A DNA stretch of 64,000 bases, taken from positions 25,491-89,490 of the forward strand of contig JAQUPL010000002.1 of NCBI GenBank assembly GCA_028716565.1, read 5' to 3'. The notes under the pieces were generated by a model. That model was not told the DNA's origin. It ran no database searches and saw only the letters and a list, made by a program, of their open reading frames with translations. The position numbers and the translations under genes were made by a program. The stretch is from Candidatus Omnitrophota bacterium. GTDB taxonomy: Bacteria > Omnitrophota > Gorgyraeia > Pluralincolimonadales > Pluralincolimonadaceae. Positions 31,223-43,663 of the stretch are shown here, piece after piece (the first letter of the stretch is position 1; the number at the start of each line of letters is the position of its first letter).

Positions 31223-33322
31223 CTACGGCGAATACCCGAGCGAATCGGTCGGTATTGAATTGAAGAGCCTGGAGACGACCCCGAACCCTGGTTTGGGTTT
31301 CCTGTCCCACGTCAGGATGCCCCAGTATTCTTCGATATTCGGGTCCTGGACCGAGGGATTGCCGCCCTTCCACCACTCGTCCGTCCATTCAAATATTACT
31401 ATGCCGGCCAAGTCGCTGCCGATGGCTTCCATCTGTGTTTTCAGGGCTTTGTCCTGGGTCTCTTTCTTGACAAAAGTGCTGTATCCGGTCTCGGTTATGA
31501 AAATAGGCTTAGAGTATTTCTTGGATATCGCTTTCATCTCCTTAACGACATCTAACGCGTTTTCCTTCCCGCGCCAATTGAAACCGTGCCCTCCGATATA
31601 GGCGTTGCAGCCGATAACATCCAGGAAATCAAACCCAAGGTCGAACCCCTTTACTTTGAGAATATTGGCCGCCGTCACCGGGCGGCCCTTGTCCGCGGCC
31701 TTTACCGCGAGATATATCTCTTTCATGAAATTATTTACCTTGTCGAACCCGTAGCGCGGCACCGGATTGCCGGGTTCGTCATAACAGAACGGCGCGTCGT
31801 TCCATATGCTCCACATGAGGATACAGCGCCTGTTCCTGTGTTTTTTCACGACGTCCAAGGCCATCCTTTTGAGGGCCTTCAGTTCGATGTCAGACGCATA
31901 ATCTGTATAGGCGGAAGGATAGATTACCTGCTCTATTATCTTGAGATCATACTTCTCGGCCAGGTCGAGTAACGCATCGGGAAGCGGCTCGTATGTCCTT
32001 ATCGTATTTATCCCGGCCTCTTTCATCATCCTGAAATCGTTCTCGAAGACCGAGAGCGGTATTTTAGAGAAACACCCGTCGACCCCGGGCGGGAGCCCCG
32101 GGGCGCTTATGCCATAGGCCACGCCCTTTATGAAAAATAGCGAGCCGTCGGCGTATATCCTGTTATCCTTGATGACCACGCCCCGCTCCGGTATCCTTCT
32201 TGGTATCAGGACCTCTGGCCCTCCCGGCTCCTTCTTTACGATCACTTTCTCGACTTTTTCTCTTTCGGCCGCCCGCTGCCTTTCCAGCTCTTTCTGCTTC
32301 TCAACCTCTTTGGCGCGCTGTTCGAGGCGGATGCGCTCTCTCGCGAGTTCCGCGATCTCCTCTTCGGAGGGCGTCTCCATGGAGGCGATCAGCGGACGCT
32401 TAAGCGTGATGACACCTGTGGGGACTTCCACCCTGACGGAATCGGCAGTCTCGAGGATGACTTTCCCGACGACCACGCCGCCGGCGGCAAGGGTGACCTT
32501 TACCGGCTTCGATGCCTTTATCTCCTCCAGGACCTTGAGCTGGCCTTCGAGCGCTTTTTTGCCGTCAGCTACCCTGGAGAGCTCCTTGTTCAGTTCCTCG
32601 GATTTGTTTTTCGCCGAGGCCAGTTCGGCTTCAAGCTTGGCTATCTCTTCCGGCTTTGCCTGGGCTTCTGCCTTCGCCGCTTCAAGCTTCTTCTCCAGGT
32701 CGATCCTGCTCTGTTCGAATCCCTTAAGTTTCGTCTCTAGTTCGTCCCGGCTGGTCCTTAATTCTTCTAGCGATGAGGCTAATTTCGAGCGTTCGGCCTC
32801 TATGATCGCTATCTTCTTCTCCGCCTCCTTCCGCAGCGCTTCTTTCTTTACGACCTCGACCCTGGTCACCGCGACTGCCGCGGCCAGGATGACTATCGCC
32901 GCCGCGACCAGGACCGGCTTGAATTGCAGCAGCCTGGCGTGGTTTACTATGCCCTTTCTTTCTTTATCGGAGATCTGCTCATAGTAAATACCGATAAGGT
33001 ACTTATTGGGGCGGCCTTCCGCTATCTTCTTTAACCATGCCGCCTCCGCTACCGCGGCAATTGGCTTGACCGAGAACGGCATATTTATCTGCAGGCGGAG
33101 TTTTGCGGATTTATTCTTTAACTTTTCGGCGAGGTCGTCTTTGAGGTTGTTGACCTCGAGGCACATGCCGCCTTCACTGACGTCCCTGGTGAAGGCCTGG
33201 TGGAACTCGGAGTATACCTCTTTGTCGTCGAGGCTGACTATCTCTAACTCGACGGGAAAGACCGTGCCAAGTCTTATATATCTTCTGCGCTCGATGCCGC
33301 TTCTGTCTTGCGGTGTTTGCAT
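31223..33322 (-). CDS. PilZ domain - transmembrane - coiled coil - clan GH-A glycoside hydrolase fusion protein
   Basis: 699 aa. N-terminal PilZ motifs RRRYIR (RxxxR) and DVSEGG (D/NxSxGG). One TM helix (VLVAAAIVILAAAVAV). About 200 aa of E/K-rich coiled coil. C-terminal (beta/alpha)8 hydrolase with strand motifs KGVAYG, NTIRTY and the nucleophile region PIFITETGY. The start overlaps the lpxA 3' end by 49 nt. Confidence 0.7.
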   Translation of the reverse strand: MQTPQDRSGIERRRYIRLGTVFPVELEIVSLDDKEVYSEFHQAFTRDVSEGGMCLEVNNLKDDLAEKLKNKSAKLRLQINMPFSVKPIAAVAEAAWLKKIAEGRPNKYLIGIYYEQISDKERKGIVNHARLLQFKPVLVAAAIVILAAAVAVTRVEVVKKEALRKEAEKKIAIIEAERSKLASSLEELRTSRDELETKLKGFEQSRIDLEKKLEAAKAEAQAKPEEIAKLEAELASAKNKSEELNKELSRVADGKKALEGQLKVLEEIKASKPVKVTLAAGGVVVGKVILETADSVRVEVPTGVITLKRPLIASMETPSEEEIAELARERIRLEQRAKEVEKQKELERQRAAEREKVEKVIVKKEPGGPEVLIPRRIPERGVVIKDNRIYADGSLFFIKGVAYGISAPGLPPGVDGCFSKIPLSVFENDFRMMKEAGINTIRTYEPLPDALLDLAEKYDLKIIEQVIYPSAYTDYASDIELKALKRMALDVVKKHRNRRCILMWSIWNDAPFCYDEPGNPVPRYGFDKVNNFMKEIYLAVKAADKGRPVTAANILKVKGFDLGFDFLDVIGCNAYIGGHGFNWRGKENALDVVKEMKAISKKYSKPIFITETGYSTFVKKETQDKALKTQMEAIGSDLAGIVIFEWTDEWWKGGNPSVQDPNIEEYWGILTWDRKPKPGFGVVSRLFNSIPTDSLGYSP

Positions 33323-34080
33323 ATTCCTCTTTCCGATCGTTTGACGAATTCGACCATGTGAGCGGCTTCGGGCGTTAATTCCCCTAGCTTAGATATCTCG
33401 GATAAGGCCTGCGATACGTTAAGACCGGAACGATAAAGCAGCCTGTATATCTTCTTGATCTGCGCCTTCGCGTTTTCGCCTATGGGTGAGCGTTTCAGGC
33501 CGACTACATTTAATGAGCATGCCTCGGAATCGCCTTCGATAAGCGTATAAGGCACGACATCTTTGTTCACGCGCGCCAGTCCGCCTATCATCGCGAGCGT
33601 CCCGATCCTGACGAACTGGTGCAGGGTGACATTACCGGAAATAAAAGCTGCGTCCTCGACCTGTATGTGCCCGGCGACGAGCGCGCCGTTGCATAATACT
33701 ATACTATTTCCTATACGGCAGTCATGCGCGACGTGCGAGAACCCCATGAAAAAATTATCATTCCCGATGACCGTTGCCGAACCTTCCTCCAGGCCGCGGT
33801 GTATGCTCGTGTATTCCCTGAAGATGTTCCTGTCGCCTATTTTGAGGAAGCTCTTTGCGCCTTTGAAATGGAGATGCTGCGGCACATGCCCGATGACCGC
33901 GCCCATATGGACTTCACAATCTTTCCCGATCGTCGTCCCGGAACAGATATAAGCATGCGCGAGCACTTTCGTGCCGTCACCTATCGAGGCGCCGTCCTCG
34001 ATTATCGCGTACGGCCCGACTTCGATCTCGCCTAATACGGCCTTTTTGCCCACGATAGCCGCGGGATGTATCTTAGTCAC
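33274..34080 (-). CDS. lpxA: Acyl-ACP--UDP-N-acetylglucosamine O-acyltransferase
   Basis: 268 aa. Left-handed beta-helix hexapeptide repeats and a C-terminal helical domain in the LpxA arrangement. Confidence 0.85.
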   Translation of the reverse strand: MTKIHPAAIVGKKAVLGEIEVGPYAIIEDGASIGDGTKVLAHAYICSGTTIGKDCEVHMGAVIGHVPQHLHFKGAKSFLKIGDRNIFREYTSIHRGLEEGSATVIGNDNFFMGFSHVAHDCRIGNSIVLCNGALVAGHIQVEDAAFISGNVTLHQFVRIGTLAMIGGLARVNKDVVPYTLIEGDSEACSLNVVGLKRSPIGENAKAQIKKIYRLLYRSGLNVSQALSEISKLGELTPEAAHMVEFVKRSERGICKHRKTEAASSAEDI

Positions 34081-34765
34081 TCTCTCCGCCCCTCCTGGGG
34101 TTAAGCACTATCAGGAATTCGCCCTTCGGTTTAGACTTCTCGAAACGCGCGGCTATCTCGCTCACTTTCCCGCGCAGAATTTCCTCGAATTTCTTCGTCA
34201 ATTCGCGCATTACGCAGATGCGGATATCTCCGAATATCTCAAGTATATCATATAAAGCCCTCAAAATCCTGTGCGGAGATTCATAAAAAATAACTGTCCG
34301 CTTCTCATCCTTGAATTCCGACAGCTTATTCCTCCGCGCGCCGGACTTGTTCGGCAGGAATCCCTCGAAGATAAAGCGGTCTGTCGGCATGCCTGATGTT
34401 ATCAGGCCGAGTATTATCGCGGCCGGGCCGGGTATCCCGACGACAATGATCCCCTCTTTTATCGCAAGCATTATGATATGCGCCCCGGGGTCGGATATGC
34501 CGGGTGTCCCGGCGTCGGATACGAGGGCAACGCTCTTGCCTTCCTTCAGCAGTTTTATGAGGTAATCGCCCTTGGTTATCCTGTTGTGCTCGAAATAACT
34601 CGTCAGCGGGACTTTTATGCCGTAGTGGTCTGTGAGGATCTTTGTATGGCGGGTATCCTCCGCGGCGATGAGGTCGGCTCCCCTTAAGACCTCGACAGCG
34701 CGGATAGTTATATCTTTAAGGTTGCCTATTGGTGTAGCGACTACATAGAGCGTTCCGGATGGCAT
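34073..34765 (-). CDS. rsmI: 16S rRNA (cytidine1402-2'-O)-methyltransferase
   Basis: 230 aa. Tetrapyrrole-methylase fold with LYVVATPIGNLKDITIRA. Confidence 0.85.
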   Translation of the reverse strand: MPSGTLYVVATPIGNLKDITIRAVEVLRGADLIAAEDTRHTKILTDHYGIKVPLTSYFEHNRITKGDYLIKLLKEGKSVALVSDAGTPGISDPGAHIIMLAIKEGIIVVGIPGPAAIILGLITSGMPTDRFIFEGFLPNKSGARRNKLSEFKDEKRTVIFYESPHRILRALYDILEIFGDIRICVMRELTKKFEEILRGKVSEIAARFEKSKPKGEFLIVLNPRRGGESD

Positions 34766-34767
34766 TT

Positions 34768-36597
34768 TTATTCAACCGTAACCGACTTTGCCAGGTTCCT
34801 CGGTTGGTCTACGTCCCTTCCCTTAAGGACGGCGATATAATAGGCCAGCAGCTGCAGAGGCACCACGGTCAGGAGGACGGAGAGCGCTTCTTCCGTCTCT
34901 GGGATATACAAAATCGAGCTTACGTGTTTTTTTATCGAGACATCCCCCTCCGTAGCTATGGCGATTATCGCGCCGTGCCGCGCGCGTATCTCCTGTATGT
35001 TGGATATCATCTTGTCATAAGTTAACGACCGAGGCGTGATGGCCACGACCGCCATGTTCCTGTCGATAAGCGCTATCGGCCCGTGCTTCATCTCGCCGGC
35101 CCCGTAACCTTCGGCGTGGATATACGAGATCTCTTTAAGTTTTAGCGCCCCTTCGAAGGCATTGGGATAGTTCACCCCGCGGCCGATATACATAAAGCAG
35201 GGGAGTCTGTAATACTTTCTTGCGCAGGCTTTGATCGCCTCGGCCCCGTCGAGTATCCCGTCCATGTGCTCCGGGATCATCTCAAAGCTGTTCAGCATCG
35301 CCTTCAGCTGTTTTTTCGTCAACGCGCCGTTTATCCTCCCGAGATGCAGGGCCAACAGGATAAAAGTCGATATCTGCGCCGTATACGCCTTGGTCGAGGC
35401 GACGCCTATCTCCGGGCCGGCATGCGTATAGATGACACCGTCGGATTCCCTGGCTATCGTTGACCCGACGACGTTGCATATCGATACCACTTTTACGCCG
35501 CTCTTCTTCGCCTCCCGGAGCGCGGCGAGCGTATCCGCGGTCTCGCCGGATTGGCTCACTGCGATAAAAAGGCTCTTCTTGCCGTATACCGGGTCCCTGT
35601 ATCTCAACTCGCTCGAGACGTCCACCCCTACAGGGATCCTGGCGAATCTCTCGATAAGGTACTCGCCGACAAGGCCGGCATGATAGGCGGTCCCGCATGC
35701 CGAGATGACTATATTGTCGATACCGCGCAGTTCGGAAGCGGTAAGTTTCATCCCGTCCATCTTTATCCGGCCGCCCGGGATATCGGCCCGGCTTGACAAT
35801 ATCTTGTGGATGACGCGCGGCTGTTCGTATATCTCCTTCAGCATGAAATGCGCGTATCCCCCTTTTTCCGCCTGGGAGATGTCCCAATCGATGTGCGTGG
35901 GTTTCTTATTTATCTTTTTGCCGTTCAGGCCGGTTATGACCACCTTCTCCCTTGTCAGGGTGATCACTTCCTGGTCGTCTACAAAGATCACTTTCCTGGT
36001 CCTGTCCATTATGGCCGGGCAATCCGAAGCGAGAAAGTTCTCTCCGTCTCCCAGCCCGACGATAAGCGGGCTGCCGCATCTGGCCCCGACCAGCTTGCCG
36101 GGCTCATCCCTGTGTATCACCGCTATCGCGTACGAACCCTTCGCGTCTTTCAGCGCGCGGCGGACAGCGTCCTCGAGGACTCCCTTGTAATATTTTTCTA
36201 CTAAGTGTGGCAGGACTTCGGTATCGGTATCAGAAATGAATTTATGGCCTTCTTTTTTAAGTTGGGCCTTGAGTTCTTCGCAGTTCTCTATTATACCGTT
36301 ATGGACGAGCGCTATCGCCCTGCGGCAATCATAATGAGGGTGTGCATTTATGTAATTGGGGATGCCGTGCGTCGCCCAGCGGGTATGGGCTATCCCTGTG
36401 GTGCCTCTCAGCCGGGTCTTCTTGAGGCCTTCGTAAAGCCCCTTTATCTTCCCGGGCATCTTCAGAGTCCTTATCCTGTGCCCTTCGAGCACAGCGATGC
36501 CCGCCGAATCATACCCCCTGTATTCGAGCCTCGCCAGCCCCTTTATTAAAATAGGGGCGGCCTCTTCGCTGCCTATGTATCCGGTTATCCCGCACAT
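34768..36597 (-). CDS. glmS: Glutamine--fructose-6-phosphate aminotransferase
   Basis: 609 aa. N-terminal MCGI (Ntn amidotransferase), two SIS domains and C-terminal ...TVE. Confidence 0.97.
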   Translation of the reverse strand: MCGITGYIGSEEAAPILIKGLARLEYRGYDSAGIAVLEGHRIRTLKMPGKIKGLYEGLKKTRLRGTTGIAHTRWATHGIPNYINAHPHYDCRRAIALVHNGIIENCEELKAQLKKEGHKFISDTDTEVLPHLVEKYYKGVLEDAVRRALKDAKGSYAIAVIHRDEPGKLVGARCGSPLIVGLGDGENFLASDCPAIMDRTRKVIFVDDQEVITLTREKVVITGLNGKKINKKPTHIDWDISQAEKGGYAHFMLKEIYEQPRVIHKILSSRADIPGGRIKMDGMKLTASELRGIDNIVISACGTAYHAGLVGEYLIERFARIPVGVDVSSELRYRDPVYGKKSLFIAVSQSGETADTLAALREAKKSGVKVVSICNVVGSTIARESDGVIYTHAGPEIGVASTKAYTAQISTFILLALHLGRINGALTKKQLKAMLNSFEMIPEHMDGILDGAEAIKACARKYYRLPCFMYIGRGVNYPNAFEGALKLKEISYIHAEGYGAGEMKHGPIALIDRNMAVVAITPRSLTYDKMISNIQEIRARHGAIIAIATEGDVSIKKHVSSILYIPETEEALSVLLTVVPLQLLAYYIAVLKGRDVDQPRNLAKSVTVE

Positions 36598-36600
36598 TTT

Positions 36601-37215
36601 TTAGTCCGTGGAGAGCTTTATCTCGTCAATGTAAAAGATGCCGTTCTTGTTATCAACGGTCATGTCATCAAAAGCGACGTCCATTTCCACCATGCTGCTC
36701 ATGTCCCTCAACGTCCCCGAAGCCGTGAATCCCTGCATCGGTATGGATATTAATTGCCAGTCGCCGGTTATCCCTCTCAAAACATAGGACGAGCGCTGAC
36801 CCCCGGAATTCGTCAAAGTGATTTTGAATTTCGTGGTAAACCCATAATCCGCATCGCCTTTTACCATCATACTCAATTTTTTATACGGGCGCATGTCCAA
36901 CTTATTCAGCATTATATAAAAACCGTTAAGCGCCGGGCCGTTCGTGGCTACATCATAGGTTATCTTGACGACGTGGTTATCATCGGCTTTCTTCCCCGGG
37001 ACACCATAATACATGGGGATTATCCTCATTGTGGTCCCCTGACTGGAGTCGAGGGTGTTAGAGCTCCATGTGCCCATTTCCGTGCCCAAATCGCTTCTGT
37101 CGGCGGTCTCAAAACTGGCTATAATAAGGTCTTTGGCGAATGCCTGGTTATTTAAAGCGAACACCGCTGATAAGAAAAGCAGTACGGTGAAGAGGCGGAT
37201 TATCCTGTTTCCCAT
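36601..37215 (-). CDS. Secreted hypothetical protein (predicted beta-rich)
   Basis: Signal peptide MGNRIIRLFTVLLFLSAVFALNNQAFA, then about 180 aa with no motif I can assign. The track ORF extends to 37251. Immediately downstream of glmS. Confidence 0.5.
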   Translation of the reverse strand: MGNRIIRLFTVLLFLSAVFALNNQAFAKDLIIASFETADRSDLGTEMGTWSSNTLDSSQGTTMRIIPMYYGVPGKKADDNHVVKITYDVATNGPALNGFYIMLNKLDMRPYKKLSMMVKGDADYGFTTKFKITLTNSGGQRSSYVLRGITGDWQLISIPMQGFTASGTLRDMSSMVEMDVAFDDMTVDNKNGIFYIDEIKLSTD

Positions 37216-37239
37216 TACAGACCTCCTGTTTTTGTATTT

Positions 37240-37316
37240 TGGCGTCCCCACGGGGATTTGAACCCCGGTCGCAAGCTTGAAAAGCTCGTGTCCTGACCAG
37301 GCTAGACGATGGGGAC
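37240..37316 (-). tRNA. tRNA-Glu (anticodon UUC), CCA encoded
   Basis: Reverse complement gives GUCCCCAUCGUCUAGCCUGGUCAGGACACGAGCUUUUCAAGCUUGCGACCGGGGUUCAAAUCCCCGUGGGGACGCCA. It has a 7-bp acceptor stem, anticodon loop UUUUCAA with anticodon UUC, and a T-loop GGUUCAAAUCC. Confidence 0.85.
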
Positions 37317-37340
37317 GCTGTATTTCGCCGGTTACTTGCT

Positions 37341-39779
37341 CTACTCCGCGACCTCCTCTTCTTCGATGACAGAGGCGACCGAGGAGACCCTGTCTTTTGC
37401 GTCGAGTTTAATTATCCTTACGCCCTGCGCTGCGCGTCCGGTCGACCGGACGTCTTTGACCGGGCAACGGACTATTACACCCTTTTCTGTTATGATCATT
37501 ATCTCGTCATTATCAGAGACTGTCTTGAGCGCGACGGCTTCCCCGTTCTTTTCAGTGACCCTGATGTTGATGATGCCTTTGCCCCCCCTGCTCTGTGTCC
37601 TGTATTCCTTGAGCTGCGACCTCTTCCCGAACCCTAATGAGGTTATGGTAAGTATGGTCGCTTCCGGGTCAGCTACAGACATCGCGATGACCTCGTCTTT
37701 CTTGCCGAGGGCTATCCCTTTGACGCCCTTGGCTGAGCGGCCCATATCCCTGACCTGCGATTCCGGGAACCTTATCGCTTTTCCTTCCTTCGTGGCAAGC
37801 AGTATCTCTCTCTTGCCGTCTGTCATCTCGACGCCGATAAGCTCGTCGCCCTTCTCCAGGGTCATCCCGATTATGCCGCCTTTGCGCGGATGGCTATATG
37901 CCTCGAGCGTAGTCTTTTTTATGATGCCCTGTTTCGTCGTCATCACCAGGAAATTGCCTTCTTTGAATTCCTTCACCGGTATGAAAGCGCTCATCTTCTC
38001 GCCCTGCTGCATCTCGAGCAGGTTGATTATCGCCTTGCCCCTTGCCTGGCGCCCGGCCTGCGGCACATCGTAGACCTTAAGCCACAGGACACGGCCCTGG
38101 TTGGTGAAGAATAATATGTGCTCGTGCGTGGTCGCAATAAAGAGGTGCTCGACAAAATCTTCCTCTTTTACGTCCGCGCCTGTCACGCCGTGGCCGCCGC
38201 GGCGCTGTTTCCTGTACGCAGAGACCGGCAGGCGCTTGATATAGCCGGTATTGCTTACGGTTATGACAACATCTTCTTCGGCGATAAGGTCTTCGACCTC
38301 GAGGTCCTCTACTTCCCCTACGACATCGGTCATCCTCTCGTCGCCGTATTTCTCCTTTATCTTCAAGACCTCCTCTTTTACTATCTGGTACACCTTCTTC
38401 TCGCTCTTTAATATGGACTCGTACAGTTCTATCTTCTTGATGAGCTCGAGATACTCGGCTTCGAGCTTCTCGCGCTCCAGGGCGGTCAGCCTGCGCAGCT
38501 GCATCTCGAGTATCGCCTGGGCCTGGACGTCGCTGAAATCGAACTTCTTGATAAGGGCCTCTTTCGCCTCGGCCTCGGATTTAGATTTCTTTATGAGTTC
38601 TATTATCTTGTCAAGATTGGCGAGCGCCTTCTTCAACCCCTCGAGTATGTGCGCCCTCTCCTTGGCCCTGGCCAGGTCAAATTTAGTCCTGCGCGTTACT
38701 ATTTCTTTCCTGTGCGCTATGTAGCATTCGAGCATCTGCTTGAGGTTCAACACCTTCGGCCTGTTCTCCACAAGCGCCAGCATTATGATGCCGAATGACA
38801 CCTCGAGCTGGGTGTGCTTAAAGAGCTGGTTCAATATTACCTGGGCATTCGCGTCGCGCTTCAGCTCGATGACTACCCTCATCCCGTCTTTATCAGACTC
38901 GTCCCGTATATCGGAGATCCCCTCCACCTTTTTGTCGGTGACGAGCTGGGCGGTCGCCTCTATCATATTCGCCTTGTTAACCTGATACGGGATCTCGGTG
39001 ATGACTATGGACTCTTTCCCGGATTTCTGCTCCTCTATCCCGGCCTTCGCGCGTATCTTTATCAGCCCGCGGCCGGTAGTATAGGCCTGCTTTATCCCCT
39101 CGCGGCCGCAGATCGTGCCGCCGGTCGGGAAATCCGGCGCCTTTATTATCTTCATCAGGTCTTTAATGGAAATATCCGGGTCATCTATTACCGCCGCGAC
39201 ACCCTGTGATACTTCCGAAAGGTTATGCGGCGGGATATTCGTGGCCATACCGACCGCGATACCTGATGAGCCGTTTATCAAAAGGTTCGGCAGCGTCGCC
39301 GGCAATACGACCGGTTCCTTGAGCGAGGCATCAAAGTTCGGTACGAATTCGACGGTATCTTTCTCGAGGTCCGAGAGCATCTCCTCGGTTATGGCCGCCA
39401 TACGCGCCTCGGTGTACCTCATGGCCGCCGGCGAATCGCCGTCTACCGAGCCGAAGTTCCCCTGCCCCTCTGCCAGCGGATACCTCAACGAAAAATCCTG
39501 GACCATCCTCACCAGTGAATCATAGACCGCGACATCCCCGTGCGGATGGTATTTACCGAGCACCTCACCGACGATCCTCGCCGACTTTTTGTACGGTTTC
39601 GTATGCTCGAGCCCGAGTTCCTTCATCCCGTAGAGTATCCTGCGATGGACCGGCTTCAGCCCGTCGCGTACGTCGGGCAGGGCGCGCCCTACGATAACGC
39701 TCATCGCGTATGAGATGTATGAATCCTTCATCTCGTCTTCTATATATACCGGAACTATCTTCTCATTGCGCGCGTACAT
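37341..39779 (-). CDS. gyrA: DNA gyrase subunit A
   Basis: 812 aa. Active-site region AMRYTEARM and QRDR-like AAMRYTE. Confidence 0.97.
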   Translation of the reverse strand: MYARNEKIVPVYIEDEMKDSYISYAMSVIVGRALPDVRDGLKPVHRRILYGMKELGLEHTKPYKKSARIVGEVLGKYHPHGDVAVYDSLVRMVQDFSLRYPLAEGQGNFGSVDGDSPAAMRYTEARMAAITEEMLSDLEKDTVEFVPNFDASLKEPVVLPATLPNLLINGSSGIAVGMATNIPPHNLSEVSQGVAAVIDDPDISIKDLMKIIKAPDFPTGGTICGREGIKQAYTTGRGLIKIRAKAGIEEQKSGKESIVITEIPYQVNKANMIEATAQLVTDKKVEGISDIRDESDKDGMRVVIELKRDANAQVILNQLFKHTQLEVSFGIIMLALVENRPKVLNLKQMLECYIAHRKEIVTRRTKFDLARAKERAHILEGLKKALANLDKIIELIKKSKSEAEAKEALIKKFDFSDVQAQAILEMQLRRLTALEREKLEAEYLELIKKIELYESILKSEKKVYQIVKEEVLKIKEKYGDERMTDVVGEVEDLEVEDLIAEEDVVITVSNTGYIKRLPVSAYRKQRRGGHGVTGADVKEEDFVEHLFIATTHEHILFFTNQGRVLWLKVYDVPQAGRQARGKAIINLLEMQQGEKMSAFIPVKEFKEGNFLVMTTKQGIIKKTTLEAYSHPRKGGIIGMTLEKGDELIGVEMTDGKREILLATKEGKAIRFPESQVRDMGRSAKGVKGIALGKKDEVIAMSVADPEATILTITSLGFGKRSQLKEYRTQSRGGKGIINIRVTEKNGEAVALKTVSDNDEIMIITEKGVIVRCPVKDVRSTGRAAQGVRIIKLDAKDRVSSVASVIEEEEVAE

Positions 39780-39802
39780 TTTAGAGCTCTGATCCTCCTA
39801 TC

Positions 39803-42259
<2,457 letters not shown>

Positions 42260-42559
42260 CTATGTCTCCCCTATCCTGAGTTTTATATCCTTAACCGGGC
42301 CATCGCCCAGTTCGCTCTTTATTTTCGCCAGGATCCCTGCTTTCTCCATTGTTAATTTATGGAGCCAGCTGGACGAATCCACGTGCACCACCAGGACCCC
42401 TTCTTTTATGTCTATGGGCTTCGCGTGTTTTACCGCAACCTCGCCCGCCGCTTTCATCCAAATGTCGCCGATCATCCCCGCCTGCGAAACCTTCCCGCCG
42501 CCCAAGTCCCTTAAAATACCATCCAAGACATCTTTAATAGCGACGGGCCGGTTCTTCAT
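42260..42559 (-). CDS. DUF721 / DciA-like protein
   Basis: 99 aa located between dnaN and gyrB. The pattern W...AGE.A.KHAKPIDIKEGVLVVHVDSSSWLHKL fits the DUF721 family, which includes the DciA helicase-loader. recF, usually found here, is absent. Confidence 0.65.
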   Translation of the reverse strand: MKNRPVAIKDVLDGILRDLGGGKVSQAGMIGDIWMKAAGEVAVKHAKPIDIKEGVLVVHVDSSSWLHKLTMEKAGILAKIKSELGDGPVKDIKLRIGET

Positions 42560-42562
42560 CTT

Positions 42563-43663
42563 CTATTCGGTGCGCACCGGCAGGATTATATATATATAAT
42601 CCCCGCCTTCCGCCCTGATCACGCCCCGCCTGTCCTGCCCGGCGAATTCAAAATCCACCTCTTCCTCGTTTATGGTCTTGAGTGCGTCCATAAGGTAATT
42701 CGGGTTGAAGCCGATGGTGAATTCATCCCCGCTATATTCACAATCGACCTCTTCGCGGGACTCGCTGCCGTCCTGCGAAGCCTTGGATATTATGACCCTG
42801 TTTTTTAGCAGGTCCAGTTTTATCGATTGTGAATCCGGCGTCGCCAAAAGGCTGGCCCTTTTCACGGCCGCATAAAAATTCTCCCTATTCGCCCTCAATT
42901 TATCCTGCCCCTGCTTCGGGATAACCTGTTCATAATTAGGGTATTCGCCCTCGATCAACCTTGTTATAAGCTGTGAATCGTCCAGTTCGAAGGCAACTTG
43001 GTTTTCACTGAACAAAATCTTCGCGTCGCCGTCGTCTTTTAAGATCCTCTGTAATTCAGTGACCGCTTTCGAGGGGACTATGATCTTTCTTATGAACCCT
43101 GTCGGTTTGGGCGTTTCTTTCTCCACCATGGCCAGCCTTCTTCCGTCGGTCGCCACGACACGCAATCTCTTTTCAGATAAGACAAATAAAACACCGTTCA
43201 GGATATACCTGGTTTCGTCCTTTGATATCGCGAACGCTGTAGAGCTCAGGATCGACTTTAATTGCCTTTGTGGGATGGCCAGGGTGTCCTTGTCTGACAG
43301 TTCGGGCACTTTCGGGAATTCGTCTTTTGGCAGCCCCATCATTTTAAATATCGACTTATCGCATTTTATAGTGACCTGGTTGTTCTTTTTCGCCGAAAGA
43401 GTTATGTCTTTATTGGGGAGTTCTTTTACGATATCGCTTATTTTTTTAGCCGGTATAGATATCGAGCCCTCTTCCTGGATGTCGGCTCCGGCTAATTTTG
43501 AAATTACCCCTATCTCCAGGTCTGTGGCTATGAGCTTTATTTTGTCTTTTGACGCTTCAAATAAAATATTAGATAAAATGGGCAGCCCGCTCTTTTGAGA
43601 TACGGCGTTTTGCACGGTCTGTATGCCTTTCTGTAGTATCTCGCGCGTCAATTTTACTTCCAT
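42563..43663 (-). CDS. dnaN: DNA polymerase III beta sliding clamp
   Basis: 366 aa. Three-domain clamp in conserved position 3' of dnaA. Confidence 0.95.
   Translation of the reverse strand: MEVKLTREILQKGIQTVQNAVSQKSGLPILSNILFEASKDKIKLIATDLEIGVISKLAGADIQEEGSISIPAKKISDIVKELPNKDITLSAKKNNQVTIKCDKSIFKMMGLPKDEFPKVPELSDKDTLAIPQRQLKSILSSTAFAISKDETRYILNGVLFVLSEKRLRVVATDGRRLAMVEKETPKPTGFIRKIIVPSKAVTELQRILKDDGDAKILFSENQVAFELDDSQLITRLIEGEYPNYEQVIPKQGQDKLRANRENFYAAVKRASLLATPDSQSIKLDLLKNRVIISKASQDGSESREEVDCEYSGDEFTIGFNPNYLMDALKTINEEEVDFEFAGQDRRGVIRAEGGDYIYIILPVRTE

Noticed and set aside
32130-32984. 284-aa plus-strand Ser-rich ORF
   Set aside because: It is antisense to the coiled-coil region of the PilZ-GH gene. 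The poly-Ser/Ala product is simply the complement of E/K/A-rich codons.
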